Shown piece by piece: positions 19,920-28,970 of a stretch of 32,000 nt of DNA. Where the stretch lies: contig NZ_CP026606.1 of the NCBI RefSeq assembly GCF_002945325.1, positions 1,110,001-1,142,000 on the forward strand. Reading direction: 5' to 3'. Made by a program: the position numbers and the translations under genes. The DNA is from Methanococcus maripaludis (GTDB taxonomy: Archaea > AGJL01 > Methanococci > Methanococcales > Methanococcaceae). The notes beneath the pieces are model-generated. The model did not search any database and was not told where the DNA came from. It saw nothing but the letters and a program-made list of their open reading frames with translations. Within the stretch, counting starts at the first letter, position 1. Every line of letters starts with the position of its first letter.

Positions 19920-20672
19920 ATGGTAAAAATTATTGAGAATAAATTAATCGATGCAGAACCTTTAAAAGATGCGGTTTTAATTGAAGGACTTCCTGGAATC
20001 GGTCACGTTGGAAGAGTAGCCGCAGAACACATCGTTGAAGAATTTAACGGTGAAAAGGTTCTTGAATTATACTGCGATGATTTTCCACCTCAAATCGTTG
20101 TAAAAGACGATGGAACAATTGAATACATGAAAAACGAATTTTACATTGTAAAAGAACCGGTTCCAATGGTAATTGTTCTTGGAAATACCCAAGCATTATC
20201 TCCAAAAGGGCAGTACGTTCTTTCAGAGAAAATTGTGGATATTGGAATGAAATACGGAGCTACAAAAACATACACACTTGGCGGATTTGGAATTGGAAAA
20301 ATTTCAGACGAATTAAAAGTTTACGTTGCATCCACTTCAAAAGAACTTTCAGAACAGCACAAGGAACTTGGTGCAGAATTCAGAACTGATGGGGGAAGTA
20401 TTATCGGTGCAGCAGGTTTAATGCTTAAATTTTCAAAATTAAAAGGAATTAAAGGAATTTGTTTAATGGGCGAAACTCCAGGATATTTGGTTGACCCAAA
20501 ATCTGCTGGAAATGTACTTGAAATGCTTTCCAAAGCAATCGGGTTTGAAATCGATATGAAAAAACTCGATGAAAGAGCAAAAGAAATGGAAAAATTCATA
20601 GAAAAAGTGCAGATGCAGGAGCAAGGAATGCAGGCTCCACAACATCAAGATGATTTAAGCTACATTGGATAA
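19920..20672 (+). CDS. PAC2-family protein (putative proteasome assembly chaperone)
   Basis: DAVLIEGLPGIGHVGRVAAEHIV...TLGGFGIGKI...GICLMGETPGYLVDPKSAGNVLEML. Confidence 0.88.
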   Translation: MVKIIENKLIDAEPLKDAVLIEGLPGIGHVGRVAAEHIVEEFNGEKVLELYCDDFPPQIVVKDDGTIEYMKNEFYIVKEPVPMVIVLGNTQALSPKGQYVLSEKIVDIGMKYGATKTYTLGGFGIGKISDELKVYVASTSKELSEQHKELGAEFRTDGGSIIGAAGLMLKFSKLKGIKGICLMGETPGYLVDPKSAGNVLEMLSKAIGFEIDMKKLDERAKEMEKFIEKVQMQEQGMQAPQHQDDLSYIG

Positions 20673-20691
20673 CTTTTTTAATTTTTTTATT

Positions 20692-21366
20692 TTAAAATCT
20701 TAAACCCTGTTCTTTTAAAAATCCAGAAACCTGTCTTTTCAAGTGTTCATCTTTTGAAGTTATACCTTGTGGATAAACAAATGCTTTATCGTCTATATTT
20801 ATTCGTGGATAGTCCATTTCGAGGGTTACTTCCTCTAAAAGACATTTTTTAAGGTACATTGTTGTTTTTGTAAGATTCATAAGTGCAGGGGACTTAAAAG
20901 GCGGATTATTTCTTGGCAATCTCCATTTTGTTCCATAATATGAAATGTAATCAGGATTTATCAAAATAAAAACTTCCCCGTATATTTCAAGAACAAGGGT
21001 CCATGAAAAAATTCCCCTTGTAAATCCTAAAAGTCTTCCTAAGTATGAAGTTTTAGGGTTATCATAACATACTTTTAAAGTCCTGCCAACGATTCTTGAA
21101 AGTGCTTCTTTTGAATGAATCTCTTTTGGATTCGTTGGAAGCGAAGTTTTTGGCAGAATATTTGTTGGAATGCATTTTAAAGGTTTTACCATGTGCAATG
21201 CACTAAGCGGATAAAAATAGTGATGATTTTTTTTATTTAACATCACCACCCCTTCAATTAACCCATTAAAATCGCATTTTACGATTTTTCCCCTGTACGT
21301 ATTAAATGATTTATTCAGCGTAAATTCTGCAAGGACGTCCTTACAAAGAGCTTTTTTTGGTTTCAA
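20692..21366 (-). CDS. Hypothetical protein, no family recognised
   Basis: Intact 224-aa ORF on minus strand, unopposed, between the PAC2 and ftr genes. Confidence 0.75.
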   Translation of the reverse strand: MKPKKALCKDVLAEFTLNKSFNTYRGKIVKCDFNGLIEGVVMLNKKNHHYFYPLSALHMVKPLKCIPTNILPKTSLPTNPKEIHSKEALSRIVGRTLKVCYDNPKTSYLGRLLGFTRGIFSWTLVLEIYGEVFILINPDYISYYGTKWRLPRNNPPFKSPALMNLTKTTMYLKKCLLEEVTLEMDYPRINIDDKAFVYPQGITSKDEHLKRQVSGFLKEQGLRF

Positions 21367-21435
21367 AATAAAACCTCCTGATTAAATAGTCGTGTAAATT
21401 GTAATTATGTAAAAAATAAAAGTAGTTAAAAAGAA

Positions 21436-22344
21436 TTAGAATAATTCTTGTAATTTTATTTGGTAAGGACCTAATTTTCCACCGTAGTTTCCAGCAGTGA
21501 TTTTTTTAACGCCGGGAATTGTTACTGCAGCTTTAATTCCTGCTTTCATAGCAGCAGCAACTGAAGCTTCGTCGATACCGTCGATAACGATTTCATAAAC
21601 CCCGTTAACATCTGCTGGAATTTCTGTTCCTTCAACAGTTTCTTTTAACGTAGGGCACATTTTTTCGTTTGTTGTTGCAGCCATGAAGCTGTATTTAGGG
21701 TTTGTGTATCCTACTTTACTTCCTGAAGCTACAATTCCCCCGGTAAATGGTGTAATTGTTTTTTCAACTTCGCTGATTGCGTCAACTGCAGCTTCTGCAG
21801 CCATTAATGCAGCCATGTTGTTTTCAGCCATAATGAAGAAGTTACCTCCTGCAACTCCTTTTTTAATTCCAAGTTTACTTTCAATGAGGAAGTCTCCGCC
21901 CATGATTGGAATTGAGTAAAGTGTTTTTCCGCATTCTTCGCATTTTACTTTTTTCTCGTATCCGTCGCCGAAGTATTTTAATTTGAAACCAACTTTTAAT
22001 TCTTCTGTAGCATCTTCGCCCATTGCGTTGAATACTGCTGTTGTTGGGGCTGTTAATACACACTGTCCGATTCTTTCTAATAATTGGTGTTCGATTTCTG
22101 CTTTTTTAGGGTGACAGATTTCAATAATGTATCCCGGTCTTCCGTCAGGTGTTTCTGCAGGTGATACGTATTTTTCAATACCTGCTTCAGCTGGGCACAT
22201 GATAACTGAGCATGCAAATCCTGTTGCTTCAGTTGCAGCTGCTTTTGCTAATCTTTCTGTTGCTGCTGTGATTAATACTCTTGAAACCCAGATCGGGAAT
22301 CCTTCTGCGAATGTATCTTCAATTACTACACCGTTTAGTTCCAT
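21436..22344 (-). CDS. ftr: Formylmethanofuran--tetrahydromethanopterin N-formyltransferase
   Basis: [57 protein letters not shown]... recognisable as Ftr; ribosome-binding site GGAGG. Confidence 0.96.
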   Translation of the reverse strand: MELNGVVIEDTFAEGFPIWVSRVLITAATERLAKAAATEATGFACSVIMCPAEAGIEKYVSPAETPDGRPGYIIEICHPKKAEIEHQLLERIGQCVLTAPTTAVFNAMGEDATEELKVGFKLKYFGDGYEKKVKCEECGKTLYSIPIMGGDFLIESKLGIKKGVAGGNFFIMAENNMAALMAAEAAVDAISEVEKTITPFTGGIVASGSKVGYTNPKYSFMAATTNEKMCPTLKETVEGTEIPADVNGVYEIVIDGIDEASVAAAMKAGIKAAVTIPGVKKITAGNYGGKLGPYQIKLQELF

Positions 22345-22480
22345 GTTATTCCTCCGTACTTATTATATAGACAGAAAGAATATGAAAAAACTATTATTAA
22401 TATTTTTTTATTTGATTTTGGAAAACAAGGGCATTAATTGCCTTTAAAAAGAAAATAACCATTAATAATTCCCAATTTTT

Positions 22481-22560
22481 TATAAAAAAGCTTTTTAGTC
22501 AATATTCAAAAATCATCTTCCAATAATATGTGAAATTTTAAGGCATTTTGGAATTAATTT
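22481..22560. repeat. Direct repeat copy 1 (partner 23064-23143)
   Basis: By-eye ungapped alignment gives roughly 67/80 identical, including the shared block TTTTAGTCAATATTCAAAAATC; divergence rises at the high-coordinate end. Confidence 0.85.
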
Positions 22561-22590
22561 TAGAATTTAAATTTTTTCATATAAAATGCT
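22495..22590 (-). pseudogene. Decayed remnant of a DUF99 gene 3' end
   Basis: Minus-strand reading gives IPKCLKISHIIGR*FLNID*, versus IPECLRISHIVGRGFLNID* in the intact gene at 23078-23629; GGA (Gly) corresponds to in-frame TGA. The weaker upstream part also contains a stop. Confidence 0.8.
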
Positions 22591-22596
22591 AATATT

Positions 22597-22618
22597 AAAG
22601 GGCCCAAAAGGGCTCTTT
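22597..22618 (-). terminator. Candidate hairpin downstream of ferritin-like gene
   Basis: AAAGGGCCC-AAAA-GGGCTCTTT, 9-position stem with one mismatch, about 27 bp past the stop codon of the minus-strand gene. Confidence 0.45.
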
Positions 22619-22645
22619 AAATGATATTTACTATTAATATTCACT

Positions 22646-22954
22646 TCATTTATTTTTTAGCTTTTCAATTTCTTCCTCAACTTCTTCTGCACCTTCGGCA
22701 TAGAATTTTTCTTCATCTGGGCTAAGCTCTTTTAAAAGTCTTAAGAACTCTCCAGCATGTACTCTTTCCTCATCAGCTATATCCTTTAAGACCTCAATAG
22801 CAAGTTCGTTATCGGTTGATTCTGCTAACTGCATATAGAGCTGTATTGCTTCATATTCAGCTGCGATCATAAAACGTATAGAACGAATTAATTCCTCATC
22901 AGTTAATTTTCTGTCTTTTGCAACTCCTGCAAAGGGATGTCCAAAATCTGGCAT
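22646..22954 (-). CDS. Small ferritin-like/rubrerythrin-like diiron protein
   Basis: 102 aa, MIAAEYEAIQLYMQLAESTDNELAIEVLKDIADEERVHAGEFLRLLKEL with E...Y and EExxH diiron-type motifs; ribosome-binding site GGAGG; TATA-like GGTATATAACT upstream. Confidence 0.88.
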   Translation of the reverse strand: MPDFGHPFAGVAKDRKLTDEELIRSIRFMIAAEYEAIQLYMQLAESTDNELAIEVLKDIADEERVHAGEFLRLLKELSPDEEKFYAEGAEEVEEEIEKLKNK

Positions 22955-23063
22955 AAAAAAAGCCTCCTTCTTTTTTTATATTTTAATAATTTTCTTTTTT
23001 TACTTAAAAATAATTTTGGGAATAGTTATATACCAGACATAGTTCAGGTGCTTTTTTGCCCAT

Positions 23064-23143
23064 TATAAAAAAGTCTTTTAGTCAATATTCAAAAATCCCC
23101 TTCCAACAATATGCGAAATTCTAAGACATTCTGGAATTTTACT
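23064..23143. repeat. Direct repeat copy 2 (partner 22481-22560)
   Basis: Covers the 3' end of the intact DUF99 gene and about 14 nt beyond its stop. Confidence 0.85.
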
Positions 23144-23629
23144 TCTAAGCCTTGTTTTTTTGATTACTTTGCATGCATCTTCAAAACTTATCCCGATACA
23201 CTGAATGAATATATTTTCAAAAGGTTCAGGTTTTGGAAATGATTCCAACATTTCAATTTTTTCAGGAAAATCAAAAAAATATTTTTTTAAAGCAGATTTC
23301 ATTTTTAAAAGATCAGGCTCTTTTTCCATAACTGCAATTACCGGAATTTTTGTTTCATTGTAAATTTTAACAATATCTGCAATATTAAAACCGCCAAAAG
23401 TAACGCCGTCTAAAAAAATGGCATTTATTTTTGTAAAATGTTTATCTTTTACAATTTTCAAAATATGTTCAGTCGAATCAAATCCGTCCTTTTCTATTTT
23501 TTTAAACAATATTTCATCGACTATTTTGTTACCCCTCATGTAAGTTCCAATAATCAGCGCTTCTTTATCAGACTTGTTAAACGGCGCATCATCAATACCA
23601 ATAACTCCAATTTCATCTTTATATTCCAA
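23078..23629 (-). CDS. DUF99-family protein
   Basis: 183 aa, IGVIGIDDAPFNK...AIFLDGVTFGGFNIADIVKIYNETKIPVIAVMEKEP...; recognised from general DUF99 pattern. Confidence 0.85.
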   Translation of the reverse strand: MEYKDEIGVIGIDDAPFNKSDKEALIIGTYMRGNKIVDEILFKKIEKDGFDSTEHILKIVKDKHFTKINAIFLDGVTFGGFNIADIVKIYNETKIPVIAVMEKEPDLLKMKSALKKYFFDFPEKIEMLESFPKPEPFENIFIQCIGISFEDACKVIKKTRLRSKIPECLRISHIVGRGFLNID

Positions 23630-23638
23630 ATTATCCCT

Positions 23639-24829
23639 TTAGAGATTATTTACCATTTCAACAATTTTTTTAGATATTTCATCTTTACTTCCTGAAACTT
23701 TCAAAGCTTTTTCTTTATCGATAATCAAAACTTCGTTTGAGTCGTCGCCAAAATAATGTTTTGAAAGGTCGTTTGCAACAATTATATCTAAATTATATTT
23801 TTCAAGCCTTATTTTCGCTTTTTCCGTTAATTCATCTAAATTTGTCCCGTATTCTGCTTTATATCCCACAATGATTTTTTGAGGGAATTTTTTTCTAAGT
23901 TCATCCAACACTTTGGGAGTTTGTTTTAAATTTATAACTTGTGTTTTTATATCTGAACTTAATTTTCCTTCAAAATTAGTTTCAGGAGCATAATCTGAAA
24001 TTGCGGCACATGAAATAATTATATCTGCATTTTCCCCAAGTTCAAGAGCTTTTTTAAGCATTTCTTCTGAAGTGATCACGTTTTCTGATTTTATATAATA
24101 TGGAACATCTTTTCCAAGTCCTTTTATCACTTCAACGTTGTAATTGTTCTTACAAAATTCTTCTGCAAGTGAAACACCGGTTTTTCCAGACGAAAGGTTT
24201 GTAATTACTCTGACTTTATCAATTGGTTCAGCAGTTCCGCCTGATAAAATAAGTACTTTTTTTCTTTCTTCTTTTTTATCGGAAAACACATCAATTGCAA
24301 GCTTTGAAACTTCATCAATTGAAATTGCTTTTGCTTTTTCTTCTTCCATTTTCGAGCCCATTACAAAAACATTATTTTTTTCAGAAAGGTTTTTTATGTG
24401 GGGCTTAACGGTATCAAGCATATTCTGGTGCATTGATGGAGCAATTATAATTGGCTTTTTTTCTAAAAACATCATTGCAGTCGTGTTTACAATGTTATCT
24501 GCAATATTTAGTGAAATTTTGGATATTATATTTGCAGTTGCAGGAAAAACTATCATTCCATCGCATTTGTTGTATAAATCGACATGTTCAATTTTTCCAG
24601 TAATTTTATCCATTACTTCGTTTCCGCATCCAAATTCAAATGAGTATTTTCCAACGATATCCTTTGTTTCTTCTGTCATTATGCAGTAAACTTCAGCACC
24701 GTGTCTGATTAATTCTCTCATCATTTTTGGTGCTTCAATCGCGGCAATCGATGAAGTAACTGCTACAACGAGTTTTTTACCATTCAGTAATTTGGATTTT
24801 GCTCCGTGGAGTGTTTTTGTAGGGTGCAT
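23639..24829 (-). CDS. coaBC: Bifunctional phosphopantothenoylcysteine decarboxylase/phosphopantothenate-cysteine ligase
   Basis: VVAVTSSIAAIEAPKMMRELIRHGAEV, IIAPSMHQNM, ILSGGTAEPIDKVRVITNLSSGKTGVSLAEE. Confidence 0.93.
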   Translation of the reverse strand: MHPTKTLHGAKSKLLNGKKLVVAVTSSIAAIEAPKMMRELIRHGAEVYCIMTEETKDIVGKYSFEFGCGNEVMDKITGKIEHVDLYNKCDGMIVFPATANIISKISLNIADNIVNTTAMMFLEKKPIIIAPSMHQNMLDTVKPHIKNLSEKNNVFVMGSKMEEEKAKAISIDEVSKLAIDVFSDKKEERKKVLILSGGTAEPIDKVRVITNLSSGKTGVSLAEEFCKNNYNVEVIKGLGKDVPYYIKSENVITSEEMLKKALELGENADIIISCAAISDYAPETNFEGKLSSDIKTQVINLKQTPKVLDELRKKFPQKIIVGYKAEYGTNLDELTEKAKIRLEKYNLDIIVANDLSKHYFGDDSNEVLIIDKEKALKVSGSKDEISKKIVEMVNNL

Positions 24830-24859
24830 TTAAATCTCCTTTTTTCAGCTGTTATTTGA

Positions 24860-26203
24860 TTATATGCTCTCAACTTTTATAACGTTTGTTTTTTTCTCGC
24901 CTTTTGGGTGCCCAAGCGTTACAACGTAAATCCCGCTACCAATTATATTTTTCGCAATTTTTTTAGATATTTCAAGTACTTCATCAACATCTCCTATTTC
25001 ATCAATTTTTTTAGGAATTACTCCCCAAACAAGTCTTAATTTTCTAAAAACTATATTTTCAGGAGCAAGTGCAATAATTGGTGAACTAAACCGGAATTTT
25101 GAAATTCTGAGCGGAGTTTTTCCCGATGTTGTTGGGGTAATCACTATTTTTGGATTTAATTTTTTTGAAAGAGCTTCAACTGCGTAGGCAATTCCGGAAT
25201 ATATTGAATGTTCTTCAAACTCTATTTCTTGTTTGAATTTTGAAATATCTCCTTCTGATACTTTTGCAATATTATCGAGAGTTTTTATTGAATCAATTGG
25301 ATATTTTCCAATTGTGGTTTCATTTGAAAGCATTAAACAGTCAGTTCCATCAAATATTGCATTTGCAACATCTGTAACTTCTGCTCTTGTTGGATAAGGA
25401 TTATTCACCATCGAGTCAAGCATCTGTGTTGCCGTAATTACAAGCTTTCCTTTTTCATTTGCAAGTTTTATGATATTTTTTTGAATTATCGGCAAATATT
25501 CAATGGCAACTTCAACTCCAAGATCTCCTCTTGCAATCATTACTCCATCTGAATGATTTAAAATCTCATCAATATTTTTCAATCCTTCTTTGGTTTCAAT
25601 TTTTGCAATAACCGAACAATTTCCAGAATATTCTTTAATTAAATTTTTTAAATTCAAAATATCCGTTTCACTTCTAACGAAAGATAGTGCAATGTATTCA
25701 AATTCATTTTCAACTGCAAATTTCACGTTTTTTATATCTTCATCCGTTAAATCGTTTGGAAAACACCCTTCTGGAAAGTTTACTCCCATTTTTTCTTTTA
25801 TGTGTCCCCCAACTAAAACACGTGCAGTTATATCTTTTTCAACACTTTCAACGATTAATTTTATTTTTCCATCATTAATCAGAATGTTTTGGCCCTTTTT
25901 AATACATTCTGGAATATATGAAATTAGAATATCTTTTCCAAGTTTTACAACCTGATTTTCAATGAGTTCTGAAAAATTTGATTTTTTTATTCTAATCTTG
26001 TTTCCCTTTAAATCCATGAGTTTTGCAATATTTTTTTCATTTAAAGTATCAAGATATTTTTCAATACTTTCTATGTTTGCGTGGGACATGTTAAAGCGAA
26101 TTCCATCAATAAATTCAAGACTTTTTTCAAAAGTTCCTTCAAGAGATGGCCCCATAGTAACCAGAATTTTGGTTTTCCTATATTCCGTCGATTTTTCAAC
26201 CAA
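24860..26203 (-). CDS. pyk: Pyruvate kinase (TTG start)
   Basis: KTKILVTMGPS, GIRFNMSHA, ENEFEYIALSFVRS, MIARGDLGVEV, ITATQMLDSMVNNPYPTRAEVTDVANAIFDGTDCLMLSNETTIGKYP. TTG at 26203 preceded by GGAGGGG. Confidence 0.95.
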   Translation of the reverse strand: MVEKSTEYRKTKILVTMGPSLEGTFEKSLEFIDGIRFNMSHANIESIEKYLDTLNEKNIAKLMDLKGNKIRIKKSNFSELIENQVVKLGKDILISYIPECIKKGQNILINDGKIKLIVESVEKDITARVLVGGHIKEKMGVNFPEGCFPNDLTDEDIKNVKFAVENEFEYIALSFVRSETDILNLKNLIKEYSGNCSVIAKIETKEGLKNIDEILNHSDGVMIARGDLGVEVAIEYLPIIQKNIIKLANEKGKLVITATQMLDSMVNNPYPTRAEVTDVANAIFDGTDCLMLSNETTIGKYPIDSIKTLDNIAKVSEGDISKFKQEIEFEEHSIYSGIAYAVEALSKKLNPKIVITPTTSGKTPLRISKFRFSSPIIALAPENIVFRKLRLVWGVIPKKIDEIGDVDEVLEISKKIAKNIIGSGIYVVTLGHPKGEKKTNVIKVESI

Positions 26204-26313
26204 AATTACCCCTCCAAAATATAAAATAATACTTACCTAGATATGCGAGAAGAAAAATAATTTAATAACTATATCAAAATTAAATTATAATAACATCGCG
26301 GGTGGTTGGAAAA

Positions 26314-27183
26314 ATGTTTTTTGAACGGTACATTAAGGATCCGCTACAGTTTGCATGGTCAGATCCGAAAAAGATATTTGTAGGGGGAGTTTTCCAATTA
26401 ATTTCGATTGGCGGAATAATATTGGGACTTTTAATAATGTTTGCAAGTGTAATTCCTTCTTTATTGGATATTGCACCAGAACTTGCATTATTTACTTCTC
26501 TTGGCGGAATTTTAGTGGGTTTTATAGTTGCAACGATTGGAGTAGTCTTTACTGCTTTTATTTATGGATACTATATGAAAGTAATTGAAAATACTCTTGA
26601 AGGAAGCTTTGAACTTCCAGAATGGGAAGATTTTAAAGGGCTATTAAGTAAAGGGGCGCATTTTTTCTTCGGAATTTTTATTCTTCAACTGCTATTTGGA
26701 ATAATAAGCCTTATAGTCACAGCGCCATTTGTTATACTTTTGATGTTAAATGATGGTTATTCAAACGTGTTGATTTTTAACGTATTCATGAATTTGGTAT
26801 CTTTTGTACTTTCAGCAATTGAAGCACTTTACATAACCCTTGCAACGATTAATTTCGTAGATAAAAAGGAATTCATGGGATTTTTTGATTTAAAAGAAGT
26901 AGTTTCAAAAATATCAATAGAATATATACTTGTAATTGTTGCAGTAGCGCTTGTTTCGATATTGGTGGTCATTCCAGTGATTATTGTACTATTAATCCCA
27001 GTACTAATTGGAATATTTACACAAAATGTATTTTTAATGGTCGCAATAGCCCTTATCGTACTTGCAATGCCGTTTTTACAGATGTTTTTGACGGTATTTG
27101 GATACAGAAGCTATTCAAATTATTATTTATCTAAAAAAGAAAGTATTTTGGAAGAAAATGCAGGTACTGAAAATAATGAATAA
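26314..27183 (+). CDS. DUF4013-like membrane protein
   Basis: MFFERYIKDPLQFAWSDPKKIFVGGVFQLISIGGIILGL..., multiple hydrophobic segments; GGTGG precedes the start. Confidence 0.82.
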   Translation: MFFERYIKDPLQFAWSDPKKIFVGGVFQLISIGGIILGLLIMFASVIPSLLDIAPELALFTSLGGILVGFIVATIGVVFTAFIYGYYMKVIENTLEGSFELPEWEDFKGLLSKGAHFFFGIFILQLLFGIISLIVTAPFVILLMLNDGYSNVLIFNVFMNLVSFVLSAIEALYITLATINFVDKKEFMGFFDLKEVVSKISIEYILVIVAVALVSILVVIPVIIVLLIPVLIGIFTQNVFLMVAIALIVLAMPFLQMFLTVFGYRSYSNYYLSKKESILEENAGTENNE

Positions 27184-27207
27184 TTATTTTTAATTTTAAA
27201 GTAAATC

Positions 27208-28374
27208 TTAAATTTTAAATTCTTCTTTTTCAATTCGTTTTTTAAGTTCTTTTGCAAGTTTTAGTGCTCTAACTCTATCCGACTGCCTGCAGGTTATTGG
27301 AATTCCCATGATACTTTTTCTATCCATCTGGTATACTCCATAAGCACACGAATCAACACATACTCCGCATCCAAAGCAGTTTTCATTTGGCAGTGTTCTT
27401 TTTCCCAAATGGTCGAGTCTTACAATTGCATTTGTTGGGCACATTTTTTGAGCTTCACAAGAATCACAAACCCTGCACCTGTTAATATCAACTTTAGGCC
27501 TTAAGTCTGCTTTTTCCCATACTTCAGAATATTTTCCACTGCCAAGACTCGTTCTTCCAAATACGTTTGTTAATGGAAGTTCTATTTCAGAATCAAGCGT
27601 CTTTAAATATTCTTTATTTTTTTCGTTCACTTCGATTGGAACAGCAATGGTATTAAAAATCTCTACACCTGCAGATGTTGTAAATCCTCCGATATAATAT
27701 TCGTCCATTTCATGCATATCTGCAGAAATCATCATGTTTGGTTTTTCTTTTGATGATCTGGTACCATATCCTAAAATAAGGCCATCAGCTCCATTTACAA
27801 GTATTTTTTTTCCAGTAATATATTTTTCATCAGAATTCATGTTTTGAAGCGGGTTTAATTCACCACAGCCTGAAAAAGAAGCTTCTCCCGATTTTAACAT
27901 TTTTCTATGAAATATTGTATTTACGGGTTTGCCCGTGTTTGTTAACGCCACATAATTTTTAAATGCATTTCTGGTACCAATAAGTTTTGCGGTCGGCATG
28001 TCTTTTAGAGTTATCATTTTTTTGTACGTTTTGCCATCGGATTCAACTACGGCTTCAACTTCTTTTCCAGAAATTAGGTCTTTAAATAAAAAACCGCCAC
28101 CGTAATTTTTGAAATGTTTTGTCCCATAAATTGTGCAGTCAACACTACCTAAAAATTCATTAGGGCAAGGCCCAGGATATCCTTCAATTCCATTTAAATA
28201 GAATTTTTCGGCTTTTTTAAATGATTCACCGATGGGTATATGGAATATACCTAAAGTTCCAGACATTATTCCGCAAGTGCCCGCTGTTACGACTTCAACT
28301 TCATCAATTTTATCTTCTTCGTTATTTCTTACCATTTTTTTTAATTCATCAACAGTAACTACTAATTTTTCCAT
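27208..28374 (-). CDS. Methanogenesis marker 16 metalloprotein / DUF39-family with C-terminal 4Fe-4S motifs
   Basis: VVTAGTCGIMSGTLGIFHIPIG...GYPGPCPNEFLG..., then CRVCDSCEAQKMCPTNAI and CFGCGVCVDSCAYGVY. Confidence 0.88.
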   Translation of the reverse strand: MEKLVVTVDELKKMVRNNEEDKIDEVEVVTAGTCGIMSGTLGIFHIPIGESFKKAEKFYLNGIEGYPGPCPNEFLGSVDCTIYGTKHFKNYGGGFLFKDLISGKEVEAVVESDGKTYKKMITLKDMPTAKLIGTRNAFKNYVALTNTGKPVNTIFHRKMLKSGEASFSGCGELNPLQNMNSDEKYITGKKILVNGADGLILGYGTRSSKEKPNMMISADMHEMDEYYIGGFTTSAGVEIFNTIAVPIEVNEKNKEYLKTLDSEIELPLTNVFGRTSLGSGKYSEVWEKADLRPKVDINRCRVCDSCEAQKMCPTNAIVRLDHLGKRTLPNENCFGCGVCVDSCAYGVYQMDRKSIMGIPITCRQSDRVRALKLAKELKKRIEKEEFKI

Positions 28375-28627
28375 AATGGCACCAAAATATCTTTTTAGTC
28401 AATCCTTTTAAGGATTTACAATTTGTATTTACAATGTTTTGGATGAGGTATCTTAAGAAATTTTTGGAAAGATGATTTATCTTATTCTTCATTTCGATTT
28501 AATTATATCTTTATATATTGATAAAATTCATAATTTTAATTAGCGGTTTAAAATAACGCTATTTTAGTTTTTAATTTCCGATAAAATGATTTAATAGGTA
28601 TAACAAGGTTTTTTGGGCGGGGTGGCC

Positions 28628-28855
28628 ATGTTAAATTTTGAAATAATTCGTAAAAATGAAATAATTGCAAGTGGGGGTTATATAAAAGACATTGGGCCAA
28701 ATGGAAAAATATTTGTAATTCCTAAAAATTTGGAAGAGGGGCTAAAAGTAACGGCTTTTTTAAATGAAATCTCCAAGAAAATTCAAAAAATGAAATCAAA
28801 AAACGAACTTTATTCTGACATTACATTTGGGGAATATTATTTGAGATTTGAATAA
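28628..28855 (+). CDS. Short hypothetical protein (75 aa)
   Basis: MLNFEIIRKNEIIASGGYIKD..., preceded by GGGGTGG; intact ORF with good initiation context. Confidence 0.65.
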   Translation: MLNFEIIRKNEIIASGGYIKDIGPNGKIFVIPKNLEEGLKVTAFLNEISKKIQKMKSKNELYSDITFGEYYLRFE

Positions 28856-28970
28856 ATCAAAACTGAATTTATGAAATTCCTTTTTTTTATTTTCACACAC
28901 AATTTTCACAACACATGTTTAATATATAATTACAGATATTCATTTTTAAACTAAAATTCTGGTGGTATTA

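Noticed and set aside
24144-24689. 181-aa plus-strand ORF opposite coaBC
   Set aside because: Antisense to a conserved bifunctional enzyme; composition is typical of a shadow frame.
25590-25955. 121-aa plus-strand ORF opposite pyruvate kinase
   Set aside because: Antisense to conserved pyruvate kinase motifs.
28391-28403. CTTTTTAGTCAAT identical to 22491-22503, suggesting a third copy of the DUF99-end repeat
   Set aside because: Similarity stops right after these 13 bases, and 13-mer matches are expected by chance in 32 kb of AT-rich sequence.
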